DNA of 63,314 nucleotides, filler included, from Licmophora abbreviata (taxonomy: Eukaryota), in the NCBI GenBank assembly GCA_900291995.1. It is 18 parts of 18 records of this genome, joined end to end, with 100 filler letters (N's around TTAATTAATTAA, not from the genome) between each part and the next. Parts side by side here need not be neighbours in the genome. Positions count along the whole stretch, not along the records: positions 41,659 to 43,238 come from OLMU01001930.1; positions 43,339 to 45,324 come from OLMU01001932.1; positions 45,425 to 53,022 come from OLMU01001934.1; 15 more parts are not named here. One strand, written 5' to 3'. Numbering within the stretch: position 1 is the stretch's first letter; each line of letters opens with the position of its first letter. Under the pieces are notes generated by a model, which worked only from the letters and a program-made list of their open reading frames with translations, searched no databases and was not told the origin of the DNA. Both the position numbers and the translations under genes were made by a program. This document shows positions 42,958-51,731 of this stretch, in pieces.

Positions 42958-43238
42958 ATGAACGAGCACAGAGTATCGATGTCCGGCGACGATGAGAATG
43001 GCGACGAGGGGGATACCTCGGTCGTGGTCAAGACGCGCGCCAAGACCAAGCGACCGCCGCTCTACAAGGTTCTATTGCTGAATGACGACTACACCCCGAT
43101 GGAATTCGTGGTCGCGGTGCTGGAGCGGTTCTTCGGGATGACACACGCGCAGGCCTTCGAGGTGATGCTGACGGTGCACAAGAAGGGGGTCGCCGTGGTG
43201 GGCGTGTTCAGCCACGAGATTGCCGAGACCAAGGTGGC
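42958..43238 (+). CDS. clpS: ATP-dependent Clp protease adaptor, 3' truncated by a gap
   Basis: [20 protein letters not shown] and ML.VH.KG motifs. Confidence 0.93.
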
Positions 43239-43340
43239 NNNNNNNNNNNNNNNNNNNNNNNNNNNNNNNNNNNNNNNNNNNNTTAATTAATTAANNNNNN
43301 NNNNNNNNNNNNNNNNNNNNNNNNNNNNNNNNNNNNNNGG

Positions 43341-43490
43341 GGGCAATTATGGCTGGTGGCCAATCGCCATTTGCCCTACGAGACCGCGATGGCAAGGCAT
43401 TTCGCCCGTGTCGAGGAAATCGCCGGCGATGCGCGGTTCAAGATCCTGCACGGGAAAGGGCCGAAAGGGTCGTCTCGCAAAGGGGCGTGA
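43341..43490 (+). CDS. C-terminal fragment of an RsmC-like class I SAM methyltransferase
   Basis: Manual translation GQLWLVANRHLPYE...FKILH...TGA; not in the supplied ORF track. Confidence 0.7.
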   Translation, partial: GQLWLVANRHLPYETAMARHFARVEEIAGDARFKILHGKGPKGSSRKGA

Positions 43491-43535
43491 TGTGGCTTAA
43501 ATTGGCCCGGCAGAATCATCAGGGAAGGTCTGCAC

Positions 43536-44336
43536 ATGTCTTTTTCCATCTCCGGCAAGACCGCCATCGTGACCGGCGGCGCCAACGGGATCGGGCTGGC
43601 GATCGGTCGGCATTTCGCGGACAAGGGCGCCAACGTGATGTTCGCCGATATCGACGAGGCGCATCTCATCAAGGAACTGGGCGAGAATGACGAGGACAGC
43701 AATATCCGCTATTTCGCCGGTGATCTGCGCGAGAGGCTGACGCTGGCCAATCTTTTGTCGGCCACGATAGATGCGTTCGATCAGGTGGATATCCTCATCA
43801 ACGCCTCGCGGCAGATCATGCCTTCGGATGCGCTGGACCCCGATGACGAGGCGATCGAGGTGCTGTTGCAGCAGAACCTGATGATCTCGCTCCGGCTGAG
43901 CCAGATGGTCGCCAAGCGCATGATAAAGCAGGCCGAAGGGCAGGACGAGGGCGTGGCGGGCACGATCGTCAACCTGTCGTCGATTGCCGCGCGGCGCACG
44001 CATCCCAATTTGCTGGCCTATTCGGTGTCGACCGCGGCGCTGGACCAGATGACGCGCAGTCTGGCGGTGGCGCTGGCGCCGCACCGCATTCGGGTCAACG
44101 CGGTGGCCTTCGGGTCGGTGATGAGCGCCTCGCTGCAGGACACGTTGCGGGACAATCGCGATTATCGCACGGATATCGAGGATCACACGCCGCTTGGGCG
44201 CATCGCGGCGCCGACGGAGCTTGCCGAGACGGTGCAATATCTGGCAAGCGACGGGTCATGTTTCATGACCGGGCAGATCATGACGGTGGATGGCGGGCGC
44301 TGCCTGCTGGACCCGGTGGCGGCGCCGGCGCATTGA
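43536..44336 (+). CDS. SDR family oxidoreductase
   Basis: TGGANGIG, NLSS, YSVST (catalytic Lys replaced by Thr), RVNAV and VDGG motifs. Confidence 0.92.
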   Translation: MSFSISGKTAIVTGGANGIGLAIGRHFADKGANVMFADIDEAHLIKELGENDEDSNIRYFAGDLRERLTLANLLSATIDAFDQVDILINASRQIMPSDALDPDDEAIEVLLQQNLMISLRLSQMVAKRMIKQAEGQDEGVAGTIVNLSSIAARRTHPNLLAYSVSTAALDQMTRSLAVALAPHRIRVNAVAFGSVMSASLQDTLRDNRDYRTDIEDHTPLGRIAAPTELAETVQYLASDGSCFMTGQIMTVDGGRCLLDPVAAPAH

Positions 44337-44364
44337 GATCAGGGACAGAGCGGGAGGAACGGGG

Positions 44365-45255
44365 ATGAGTGGCGAGATGCTGGAGGAAAAACAGCGCGCG
44401 GCGGCATGGTTCCGCCAGTTGCGCGACGAGATCGTGGCGGCTTTCGAGGGGCTGGAGGACAGCCACGCGACAGGCCCGATGAGCGACGCGACCGCGGCGC
44501 GCTTCGAGGTGACCGAGACCAAGCGCAGCAGCGACGATGGATCGGATGCGGGCGGCGGGCTGATGAGCGTGATGCGCGGTGGCCGGGTGTTCGAGAAGGT
44601 GGGCGTGAACGTCTCGGAGGTCTATGGCAGCCTTGGTGCGGCGGCCCAGCAGGCGATGGCCGCGCGCGGCGTGCCGGGGATGGAGAGCGATCCGAGGTTC
44701 TGGGCCAGCGGCATCAGCCTTGTGGCGCATATGCAGAACCCGCATTGCCCGGCGGTGCATATGAACACGCGGATGTTCTGGACGCCGGGTGCGTGGTGGT
44801 TCGGCGGTGGCTCGGACCTGAACCCCTGTCTGGAATATGACGAGGACACGGCGCATTTCCATGCGACGCAAAAGGCGCATCTGGACCCGCATGACGAGGC
44901 GCTCTACCCCGAGCTGAAGGCCTGGGCGGACGAATATTTCTATGTGCCGCACCGGCATCGGGCGCGAGGTGTCGGCGGCATCTTCATGGATGACCGCAAC
45001 ACCGGCGATTGGGAGGCGGATTTCGCGCTGACGCAGGATATCGGGCGGGCCTTCCTGCCGGCCTATGTGCCGCTGGTGGAAAAGCGCCGGGTGCAGGATT
45101 GGAGCGAGGCCGACAAGGACGCGCAGCTGGTGCATCGCGGGCTCTATGCGGAATACAACCTGGTCTATGACCGGGGCACCAAGTTCGGGCTGGCCACCGG
45201 GCATGACGCGAATGCGGTGTTGATGAGCCTGCCGCCCTTGGCGAAGTGGACCTGA
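44365..45255 (+). CDS. hemF: Oxygen-dependent coproporphyrinogen III oxidase
   Basis: FEKVGVN, HMNTR, WWFGGGSDL, RGVGGIF and YNLVYDRGTKFGL motifs. Confidence 0.96.
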   Translation: MSGEMLEEKQRAAAWFRQLRDEIVAAFEGLEDSHATGPMSDATAARFEVTETKRSSDDGSDAGGGLMSVMRGGRVFEKVGVNVSEVYGSLGAAAQQAMAARGVPGMESDPRFWASGISLVAHMQNPHCPAVHMNTRMFWTPGAWWFGGGSDLNPCLEYDEDTAHFHATQKAHLDPHDEALYPELKAWADEYFYVPHRHRARGVGGIFMDDRNTGDWEADFALTQDIGRAFLPAYVPLVEKRRVQDWSEADKDAQLVHRGLYAEYNLVYDRGTKFGLATGHDANAVLMSLPPLAKWT

Positions 45256-45424
45256 GATCGGGCTTGTCGGCCCTCACGGGCCGCCGCGCAGGATAGCGGC
45301 GGCGCTGCCGGGGGATCAGGATCGNNNNNNNNNNNNNNNNNNNNNNNNNNNNNNNNNNNNNNNNNNNNTTAATTAATTAANNNNNNNNNNNNNNNNNNNN
45401 NNNNNNNNNNNNNNNNNNNNNNNN

Positions 45425-45515
45425 GGGCCAGGGCGATGGGCGCGTAGATGGCGAGGCCAAGCCCGGTGTCGCGCCAGCGGCTGACAAGGGAGGGTGGAGG
45501 GGGCGTATCTGTCAT
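45425..45515 (-). CDS. N-terminal fragment of a membrane protein, possibly AzlC-like; remainder lost in a gap
   Basis: MTDTPPPPSLVSRWRDTGLGLAIYAPIALA runs into the spacer. Confidence 0.3.
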
Positions 45516-45590
45516 CGGGTCCATGTGCACGGCAGTCCTTGGGCCGCAGACATATGCCGCAGCGTCCGGGATCACAAGACGCGCGGGCGG

Positions 45591-46256
45591 TCAGGGGGTG
45601 TGCGGTAGGCCGGTGCCGATCATCGAATCGCGGGTGACGAGGGCGGCGAGGGCGTCCTCGTCCATCCCGTCCGTGCCCGAAGGGCGCGCGGGCAGCACGA
45701 TATAGCGCATGTCGGCGGTGCTATCATGCACGCGGATGGTGGTGCTGTCGGGCAGGTCGAGGCCGAACTCGCGCAGTACGGCGCGCGGCTCGCGCACGGC
45801 GCGCGAGCGGTATTCGCGGGTCTTGTACCAGTCGGGCGGCAGGCCCAGAAGGTTGCGCGGATAGCACGAACAGAGCGTGCAGACGATGAGGTTATGCACG
45901 TCGGCGGTGTTTTCGACGGCGATCAGGTGCAGCGGGCCGATATCGAAGCCCATCTCGTGGCTGGCGGCACCGGCATCGGCCAGAAGGCGCGCGCGAAAGT
46001 CCGGATCGATCCAAGCGCGGGCCACGACGGCGGCGCCATTGGCGGGGCCGCGGGCATCCATCTTGTCGATCTGGGCCGAAACCTGATCGGCGGTCAGGTG
46101 ACCTTTTTCGATCATCAGCTCGCGCACGGCGATTTCCATGCGCTGCCAATAGCTGAGCGGTGCGTCGTTATCGGCGCGGTAGGGATGGCCCGAGGGGCTG
46201 AGCCCGCCATGATCGTGATCGTGGGAATGATCGTGGTCGTGATGGTCATGCGGCAT
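45591..46256 (-). CDS. Co-type nitrile hydratase alpha / thiocyanate hydrolase gamma-like subunit
   Basis: VCTLCSCYP metal-binding motif, GA.VVARAW.DP.F, YRSR.VREPR.VL.EFG and HDSTA..RY.VLP.RP; His-rich N-terminus. Confidence 0.93.
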   Translation of the reverse strand: MPHDHHDHDHSHDHDHGGLSPSGHPYRADNDAPLSYWQRMEIAVRELMIEKGHLTADQVSAQIDKMDARGPANGAAVVARAWIDPDFRARLLADAGAASHEMGFDIGPLHLIAVENTADVHNLIVCTLCSCYPRNLLGLPPDWYKTREYRSRAVREPRAVLREFGLDLPDSTTIRVHDSTADMRYIVLPARPSGTDGMDEDALAALVTRDSMIGTGLPHTP

Positions 46257-46260
46257 CGCG

Positions 46261-46524
46261 TCAGACCCTTTCCAGCCAATGGGCGTAGATTTCGGCGTCG
46301 AGCGTATCGGAGGGGCGTTCGGCGGCGTCGCCCCAGATCTCGGACATGGTGAAGCGCACGCGGTAGAGCGGCTGTTCGGGGGCGGGCAGGCCATAGGCCA
46401 GTTGCTCGGGGTTGGGGAAGGGACCAAGCGCGCGTTCGATCACGCCGGTCTTGCCGCGCAGGTAAGAGGGGGTGCGCACATGGCCCGGCGGCATCATCGC
46501 CTTGACGCGGACACGCTCAGCCAT
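46261..46524 (-). CDS. Nitrile hydratase beta C-terminal (SH3-like) module, ScnA-like subunit
   Basis: VRVK...PPGHVRTP.YLRGKTG.I, PE..AYG, LYRVRF...EIW and EIY.HWLE motifs. Confidence 0.88.
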   Translation of the reverse strand: MAERVRVKAMMPPGHVRTPSYLRGKTGVIERALGPFPNPEQLAYGLPAPEQPLYRVRFTMSEIWGDAAERPSDTLDAEIYAHWLERV

Positions 46525-46882
46525 GGCTGGCCCCATCGGTACCGGCCTCTTTCTGGGCGGCGGCATAGGTGGGGCCGCGCGCGGCGATCTCGTCCATGCG
46601 CTGGCCAAGCTCGGCCAGTGTATAGGCGCCGGTCTCAACCAGGTTCTGATTGATGGCGGCGATCCACCGTTCGTAATAGCTCATGGTTTCGAAGGCCTCT
46701 TCGCCCATGTCCTCGAGCGCGCGGCGCAGGCCGTCGACGGTGAAGAACCCCGCGCCTGAGCACAGCACCATCAGCGCATCGACGCGCTTTTCCCAAAGGG
46801 CGAAATCATGTTGATCGGCACAGATCGGGCCAGCGGATTGACCGCCCATGTCGTGCCAGCGTTTGCCAGTTGTATCGCTCAT
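46517..46882 (-). CDS. Nitrile hydratase beta N-terminal module, ScnB-like subunit
   Basis: HDMGG, WEKRVDAL, DGLRRALE and SYYERW..A....LVE.G motifs. Confidence 0.88.
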   Translation of the reverse strand: MSDTTGKRWHDMGGQSAGPICADQHDFALWEKRVDALMVLCSGAGFFTVDGLRRALEDMGEEAFETMSYYERWIAAINQNLVETGAYTLAELGQRMDEIAARGPTYAAAQKEAGTDGASHG

Positions 46883-46931
46883 GCAGGCGAGGGTAAGCGC
46901 GGATGCGGGCGCTGTCCAGTGGCTGCTTCGG

Positions 46932-47453
46932 TCACGGATAAAGCGCGATCCGGGCGATGGCGATATCGGCCTGAAACGCGCGCCCGATGGCGACGATTCC
47001 GATGCGCCGCAGCGTGGCGGGATCAAAGGGGGCATCGACACGGTGCGGAGTGACATCCGAGAAGGGCAGGCGCAGGGTGGTCCAGCGCGGGGGCGCGGTG
47101 AAGGCAAGGCGGTAGGATTGCCACGGGCGGATCACATCGGCGGTGCGCAGATGCAGGTTGTAGCTTTGGTCATTGCCGAAAACCTCAAGCTCGACCCCGG
47201 TGAAGGCGCGCGCATCGAGCGCAGAGCCATCAGGGCGCAGATCAAGCGCCATTTGCAGGAAGCCGCCGTTGTTATCAAGGCTGACAGAGCCGCTGAGGCG
47301 CAAGGCCATGCGCCCGGCTTGGGTGGTGCGGATGAGCGTCCCGTCCGAGACGCCGCCCATCACGCGGTCCGACACCAGCTCCCATGTGGTGCCGAGCGGA
47401 GTGCGGGGTTCGGGGCAGGAGAGATCGTCGAGAATGAGGGGGTGAACGGTCAT
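46932..47453 (-). CDS. CIA30 / NDUFAF1 family protein
   Basis: W..VSDRVMGGVS.G, GSVSLDNNGGF.Q and LPFS motifs. Confidence 0.88.
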   Translation of the reverse strand: MTVHPLILDDLSCPEPRTPLGTTWELVSDRVMGGVSDGTLIRTTQAGRMALRLSGSVSLDNNGGFLQMALDLRPDGSALDARAFTGVELEVFGNDQSYNLHLRTADVIRPWQSYRLAFTAPPRWTTLRLPFSDVTPHRVDAPFDPATLRRIGIVAIGRAFQADIAIARIALYP

Positions 47454-47508
47454 CCCGGCAAGGTAGGGTGTGGGTGCGGTCCTGTCCATCTTCGGATCAT
47501 CCGCGGTG

Positions 47509-48594
47509 TCAGGCGGTGGCATCCTCGTCGGTGTCGAAGGGTTTGATGAGGGTCAGCTCGCCCGCCGCCTCGAGCCTACGGATGGCGTTGATGACCTGGG
47601 TCATCGCGGCTTCGGCGTCGCGGGGTTTGACGCTGCCCAATTCCTCGATCTCGTCGCGCAGGGCGTCGGCCATGCGTTTGGACATGTTGTCGAGGATGAA
47701 ATCCGCGACGCCACCGAGATCGGTGGCCATGTCGCCCTTGAGCGCGCCCGAAAGGGCGGTGACCAGCAGTTTCTGATCCACCTCGCGGGTGACGCGGGGG
47801 ATATCCATCGGCGCGACCCGTTCGGGGATATGCACGAAGGTGAAGATCGCCTTGCGCACCAGGCGGGCGAAATCCTGATCGGTTTCGTCCAGCCCGGTCA
47901 GCAGGTTGTCGCGCGTGGCGGCAGCCGAGAAGTTGAGAATCGCGCCGACCCGTTCCACCGGCCCGTCATCGAAGGCGGTTTCGGGCACATCATGCAGCTG
48001 CGCGGCCAGCGCGAGGCCGATCCGGTCCACGGCGGCGGGCGTCACGGCGCCGGTGCGCGACACGGCACAGGTGATGCGACGGGCCTGATCGCCGGGCAGG
48101 CGCCCCAAGAGATCAGCGGCGCGTTCGACATCGAGTTTCGACAGCATGACGGCGGCCACTTCGGTGCTTTCGCGGGCGAGAATGGCCAGCAGATCATCGG
48201 GGCTGGCGGCGCGGACCTGTTCCCAAGGGTCGCCGAACTGCCGCACGCCGGCTTCCTTTCTGAGGCGGGCGGCGGTTTGCGGGCTGATCCGGCCATCGAG
48301 CGCCGAGAGCGCCCCGGCCACACCGCGCGGAAAGGTCAGGCCCATCGCCTCAAGCTCGGACGCGAATTCGGCGACCACATCGGCGAGCGTGCTGCGGTCG
48401 ACATAGCGCATGGTGCCCATCTGGGTGGTCAGCGTGGCCTGCAGCGCATCGGGCAGGTCGGTGAGCGGCACATCGGTGCCTTCATTGAGCAGGAATCGCA
48501 CGATGATCGCGGCCTTCTGCGCCTTGGTCAGGCGCGCGGCGGCGGGCCGCGCCGCACGCGGCGGCGAGAGGCGCGCAAGCTGTGTCTGGGTCAT
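47509..48594 (-). CDS. fliG: Flagellar motor switch protein FliG, isolated from other flagellar genes
   Basis: QKAAII, RES.EVAAV.LSKL, RVGAILN, IFTF..I and NMSKRMA..LR.E motifs. Confidence 0.85.
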   Translation of the reverse strand: MTQTQLARLSPPRAARPAAARLTKAQKAAIIVRFLLNEGTDVPLTDLPDALQATLTTQMGTMRYVDRSTLADVVAEFASELEAMGLTFPRGVAGALSALDGRISPQTAARLRKEAGVRQFGDPWEQVRAASPDDLLAILARESTEVAAVMLSKLDVERAADLLGRLPGDQARRITCAVSRTGAVTPAAVDRIGLALAAQLHDVPETAFDDGPVERVGAILNFSAAATRDNLLTGLDETDQDFARLVRKAIFTFVHIPERVAPMDIPRVTREVDQKLLVTALSGALKGDMATDLGGVADFILDNMSKRMADALRDEIEELGSVKPRDAEAAMTQVINAIRRLEAAGELTLIKPFDTDEDATA

Positions 48595-48744
48595 CCTCCT
48601 GTCCCCCGTTCAGGTCAATGGCTGAAGCCTAGACACAAGGGATGAAGAAAGGGCTAAGGCAGGCCGAATTCGAGGAGGGATGTGCCCGCATGAAACGGGG
48701 CGCCGCAGGGCGCCCCGGACAGGTTCGGAATGGATGATTGCCGG

Positions 48745-48906
48745 TCAGCTTGTGGTCTGGGGCACGCAGGTCTTGGTGGCGGTATCCCAGGTCGCGCCAT
48801 CGGCGCAGGACATGGCCTGCTGCTCATGCTTGCCGCATCCGGCCTGCACGGACATGGCCGAGGCAAGCGTGAGGGCGGCGGTGGTCAGAACGATCTTCGC
48901 TTTCAT
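48745..48906 (-). CDS. Small secreted Cys-containing protein, CBM14-like
   Basis: AGGAG RBS, signal peptide ending VQA, SCADGATWD...KTC. Confidence 0.72.
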   Translation of the reverse strand: MKAKIVLTTAALTLASAMSVQAGCGKHEQQAMSCADGATWDTATKTCVPQTTS

Positions 48907-48988
48907 CTTACGTCTCTCCTGTTGCACTCAATCGGAAGATAGCACGAGTTTCCCGTTCGGCAAAATCCGGAATCGCGCCGGATGCGCG

Positions 48989-49012
48989 AAGGGCGGCCCA
49001 AGCGGGCCGCCC
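48989..49012 (-). terminator. Putative terminator after purB
   Basis: GGGCGGCCC-AAGC-GGGCCGCCC hairpin, weak U-tract. Confidence 0.5.
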
Positions 49013-49044
49013 TGCCTGAAAATCGGGCAAACGGGATGGTGTCG

Positions 49045-50352
49045 TCAGCTGTCGCCGAAGACGCGCGCGAAGATCGTGTCGACATGCTTGGTGTGGTATC
49101 CAAGGTCGAATTTCTCGTTGATCTCGTCCTCGGAGAGGGCGGCGCGCACCTCGTCGTCGGCCAGCAGTTCCTCGCGGAAATCGGTGCGATGATCCCAGAC
49201 CTTCATCGCGTTGCGCTGCACGAGGCGGTAGGCGTCCTCGCGGCTGACACCGGCCTGGGTGAGCGCCAGCAGAACCCGCTGCGACATCACGAGGCCGGGG
49301 AATTTGTTCATGTTGTCCAGCATGTTCTGCGGATAGACCAGCAGCTTGTCGATCACCGAGGTCAGGCGGTGCAGGGCGAAATCCAGCGTGATCGTGGTGT
49401 CGGGCCCGATATTGCGCTCGACCGAGGAATGGGAGATGTCGCGCTCGTGCCAGAGGGCCACGTTTTCCATCGCGGGCACCACCGCCATGCGCACGAGCCG
49501 CGCCAGACCGGTGAGGTTTTCGGTCAGGACGGGGTTTTTCTTGTGCGGCATCGCCGAGGAGCCTTTTTGCCCCATGGAGAAGAATTCCGCCGCTTCGAGC
49601 ACCTCGGTGCGCTGCATGTGGCGAATTTCGGTGGCGACATTCTCGATCGACGAGGCGATGACGCCGAGCGTGGCGAAAAACGCGGCGTGGCGGTCGCGGG
49701 GGATCACTTGCGTCGAGATGGGCTCGGGCTCGAGCCCGAGCTTGGCGCAGACATGCTCTTCGACTCGGGGGTCGATATTGGCGAAGGTGCCGACAGCCCC
49801 CGAGATGGCGCCGGTGGCGATCTCGGCGCGGGCCTGTTGCAGGCGGCGCTTGTTGCGGTCCATCTCGGCGTAGAAGCGCGCGAAGGTCAGGCCCATGGTG
49901 GTGGGCTCGGCATGGATGCCGTGGCTTCGACCGATGCGCACGGTGTCCTTGTGTCCGAACGCGCGGCGCTTGAGGGCGGCCAGAAGCCCGTCCATATCGG
50001 CCAGCAGGATATCGGCGGCGCGGGTGAGCTGCACGTTGAAGCAGGTGTCGAGCACATCCGAGGAGGTCATGCCCTGATGGACGAAACGTGCCTCGTCGCT
50101 GCCGACATGTTCGGCCAGATGGGTCAGGAAGGCGATGACGTCATGCTTGGTTTCGGCCTCGATCTCGTCGATGCGGGCCACGTCGAAGTCCACGTCGCTG
50201 GCTTTCCAGACCGCGTCGGCATTGGCACGTGGGATCACGCCCAGATCGGCCATGGCGTCGCAGGCATGGGCCTCGATCTCGAACCAGATGCGGAACTTGG
50301 TTTCGGGCGACCAGATGGCGACCATGTCGGGGCGGGAATAGCGGGGAATCAT
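49045..50352 (-). CDS. purB: Adenylosuccinate lyase
   Basis: [27 protein letters not shown] and [11 protein letters not shown] motifs. Confidence 0.97.
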   Translation of the reverse strand: MIPRYSRPDMVAIWSPETKFRIWFEIEAHACDAMADLGVIPRANADAVWKASDVDFDVARIDEIEAETKHDVIAFLTHLAEHVGSDEARFVHQGMTSSDVLDTCFNVQLTRAADILLADMDGLLAALKRRAFGHKDTVRIGRSHGIHAEPTTMGLTFARFYAEMDRNKRRLQQARAEIATGAISGAVGTFANIDPRVEEHVCAKLGLEPEPISTQVIPRDRHAAFFATLGVIASSIENVATEIRHMQRTEVLEAAEFFSMGQKGSSAMPHKKNPVLTENLTGLARLVRMAVVPAMENVALWHERDISHSSVERNIGPDTTITLDFALHRLTSVIDKLLVYPQNMLDNMNKFPGLVMSQRVLLALTQAGVSREDAYRLVQRNAMKVWDHRTDFREELLADDEVRAALSEDEINEKFDLGYHTKHVDTIFARVFGDS

Positions 50353-50422
50353 GTGACGGGCCTTTGCGTATCCTGTAACGGTTGGCGCGGGTTTAGACGG
50401 ATGGGCGCCACGCGGCAAGCAG

Positions 50423-50887
50423 ATGGCGGAGGAAGGCAAGCGATTGATCGGGCAGATGACGGGAGAGGCATCGAAGGGCCGCGCGCGCAGGCTGGCCGAT
50501 TTCGAGGGCCGCTGGCACATGGCGCGCCATATCGTGCAGGCGGATGGGCCGGAGGCCCGGCTGGAGGGCATGGCCATCTGGCGCGCGGTGCCCGAGGGGC
50601 TGCTCTGCGAGGAGGCGGGACGGCTGCAGATCGGCGACCAGCCGGCGGTCGAGGCGCGGCGCAGCTATCTGTGGCGCGACGATCTGACGGTGTGGTTCGA
50701 AGATGGGCGGTTCTTTCATCAGGTGCCGCTTTGGGGCGGCGAGACCGGGCATTGGTGCGATCCCGATCAGTATGACGGGTGTTACGCGTTCGACGCCTGG
50801 CCCGTCTGGCAGGTTGTCTGGCAGGTGAAAGGCCCGCGCAAGGAGTACCGGATGCGCACCGAGTATCGCCGCGCAACGGGGGGGTAG
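50423..50887 (+). CDS. DUF6314-like hypothetical protein
   Basis: F.GRW...R.I, F.DGRFFH, HWCDPD.Y and W.V.GPRK.Y motifs. Confidence 0.75.
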   Translation: MAEEGKRLIGQMTGEASKGRARRLADFEGRWHMARHIVQADGPEARLEGMAIWRAVPEGLLCEEAGRLQIGDQPAVEARRSYLWRDDLTVWFEDGRFFHQVPLWGGETGHWCDPDQYDGCYAFDAWPVWQVVWQVKGPRKEYRMRTEYRRATGG

Positions 50888-50933
50888 AAAATTCGCGAAT
50901 TTTCGTGGGGGGCGATTTTTCTGCGAAAAATCG
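50887..50933. repeat. Tandem AT-rich palindromes
   Basis: Perfect GAAAATTCGCGAATTTTC (50887-50904) and CGATTTTTC-TGC-GAAAAATCG (50913-50933). Confidence 0.72.
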
Positions 50934-50972
50934 GCTGGTCTTTTGGGGGGTGGTGTTTCTAAACATGCGGGC

Positions 50973-51722
50973 ATGACAGGCATATTCCAGACCCGACTGC
51001 CCTATGATGCCATGGCGCCGCGCCCCTTGCCGGGCATTCAGCCGCTTGATCCCGCGACATGGTTGCAGGTGGATGACGCCTTTGCTGCGCAGATGGCCGA
51101 GCGTGCCCGGCTGTTGCGCGAGCGGCGCGATGATGTGCTGGCCATGCGTCCCGAAGGGCGCGCGGCGGCGGATGAGCTTTTGCAATATGTACTGGGCTGG
51201 TTGGCAAAACACGGCGAGGGCTACAGCATTTCTGCAAAAGAAGTGATGCGCCCGGATGGCGCGCGGATCGCGGTGGACCGGGACGATCCGATGGGCACGC
51301 TGGGGCATCTGGTGCAGGAAGACCTGTGCCTGATGGAAAAGCGGGGCGATGAGCATGTGCTGACCGCGGCGGTGCTGTGTTTTCCGGCAAGCTGGCGGCT
51401 GGCGGACAAGATCGGCCGGGCGCTCACAACTATCCATGTCCCGGTGCCGGAATATGACGAGGGTCTCGCGAGGCGGGTGCAGCGCCTGTTCGACGGGGTG
51501 CAGGTGGATCGGCCCTTGTGGCGGTTCAACGCGCTGCGCTATGCCCGGTCCGATCTTTTCCAGCCGCGCTCGCGCATCGCCCCCAAGGATCATGCCGAGG
51601 CAGGTGCGGACTATCCCTATCTGCGCTCGGAGCGGCAATGCGTGCTGCGCCTGTCGGAGACGCGGGCCTGCGTGTTCTCGATCCATACCTACATGCTGCA
51701 GGTGGGGGAGAAACCGGGCTGA
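50973..51722 (+). CDS. DUF3445 / heme-dependent oxidative N-demethylase alpha-like protein
   Basis: VQEDLC, LCFPASW...KIG, IH.PVP.Y, WRFN and RSERQ motifs. Confidence 0.87.
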   Translation: MTGIFQTRLPYDAMAPRPLPGIQPLDPATWLQVDDAFAAQMAERARLLRERRDDVLAMRPEGRAAADELLQYVLGWLAKHGEGYSISAKEVMRPDGARIAVDRDDPMGTLGHLVQEDLCLMEKRGDEHVLTAAVLCFPASWRLADKIGRALTTIHVPVPEYDEGLARRVQRLFDGVQVDRPLWRFNALRYARSDLFQPRSRIAPKDHAEAGADYPYLRSERQCVLRLSETRACVFSIHTYMLQVGEKPG

Positions 51723-51731
51723 TCCGAGGTG

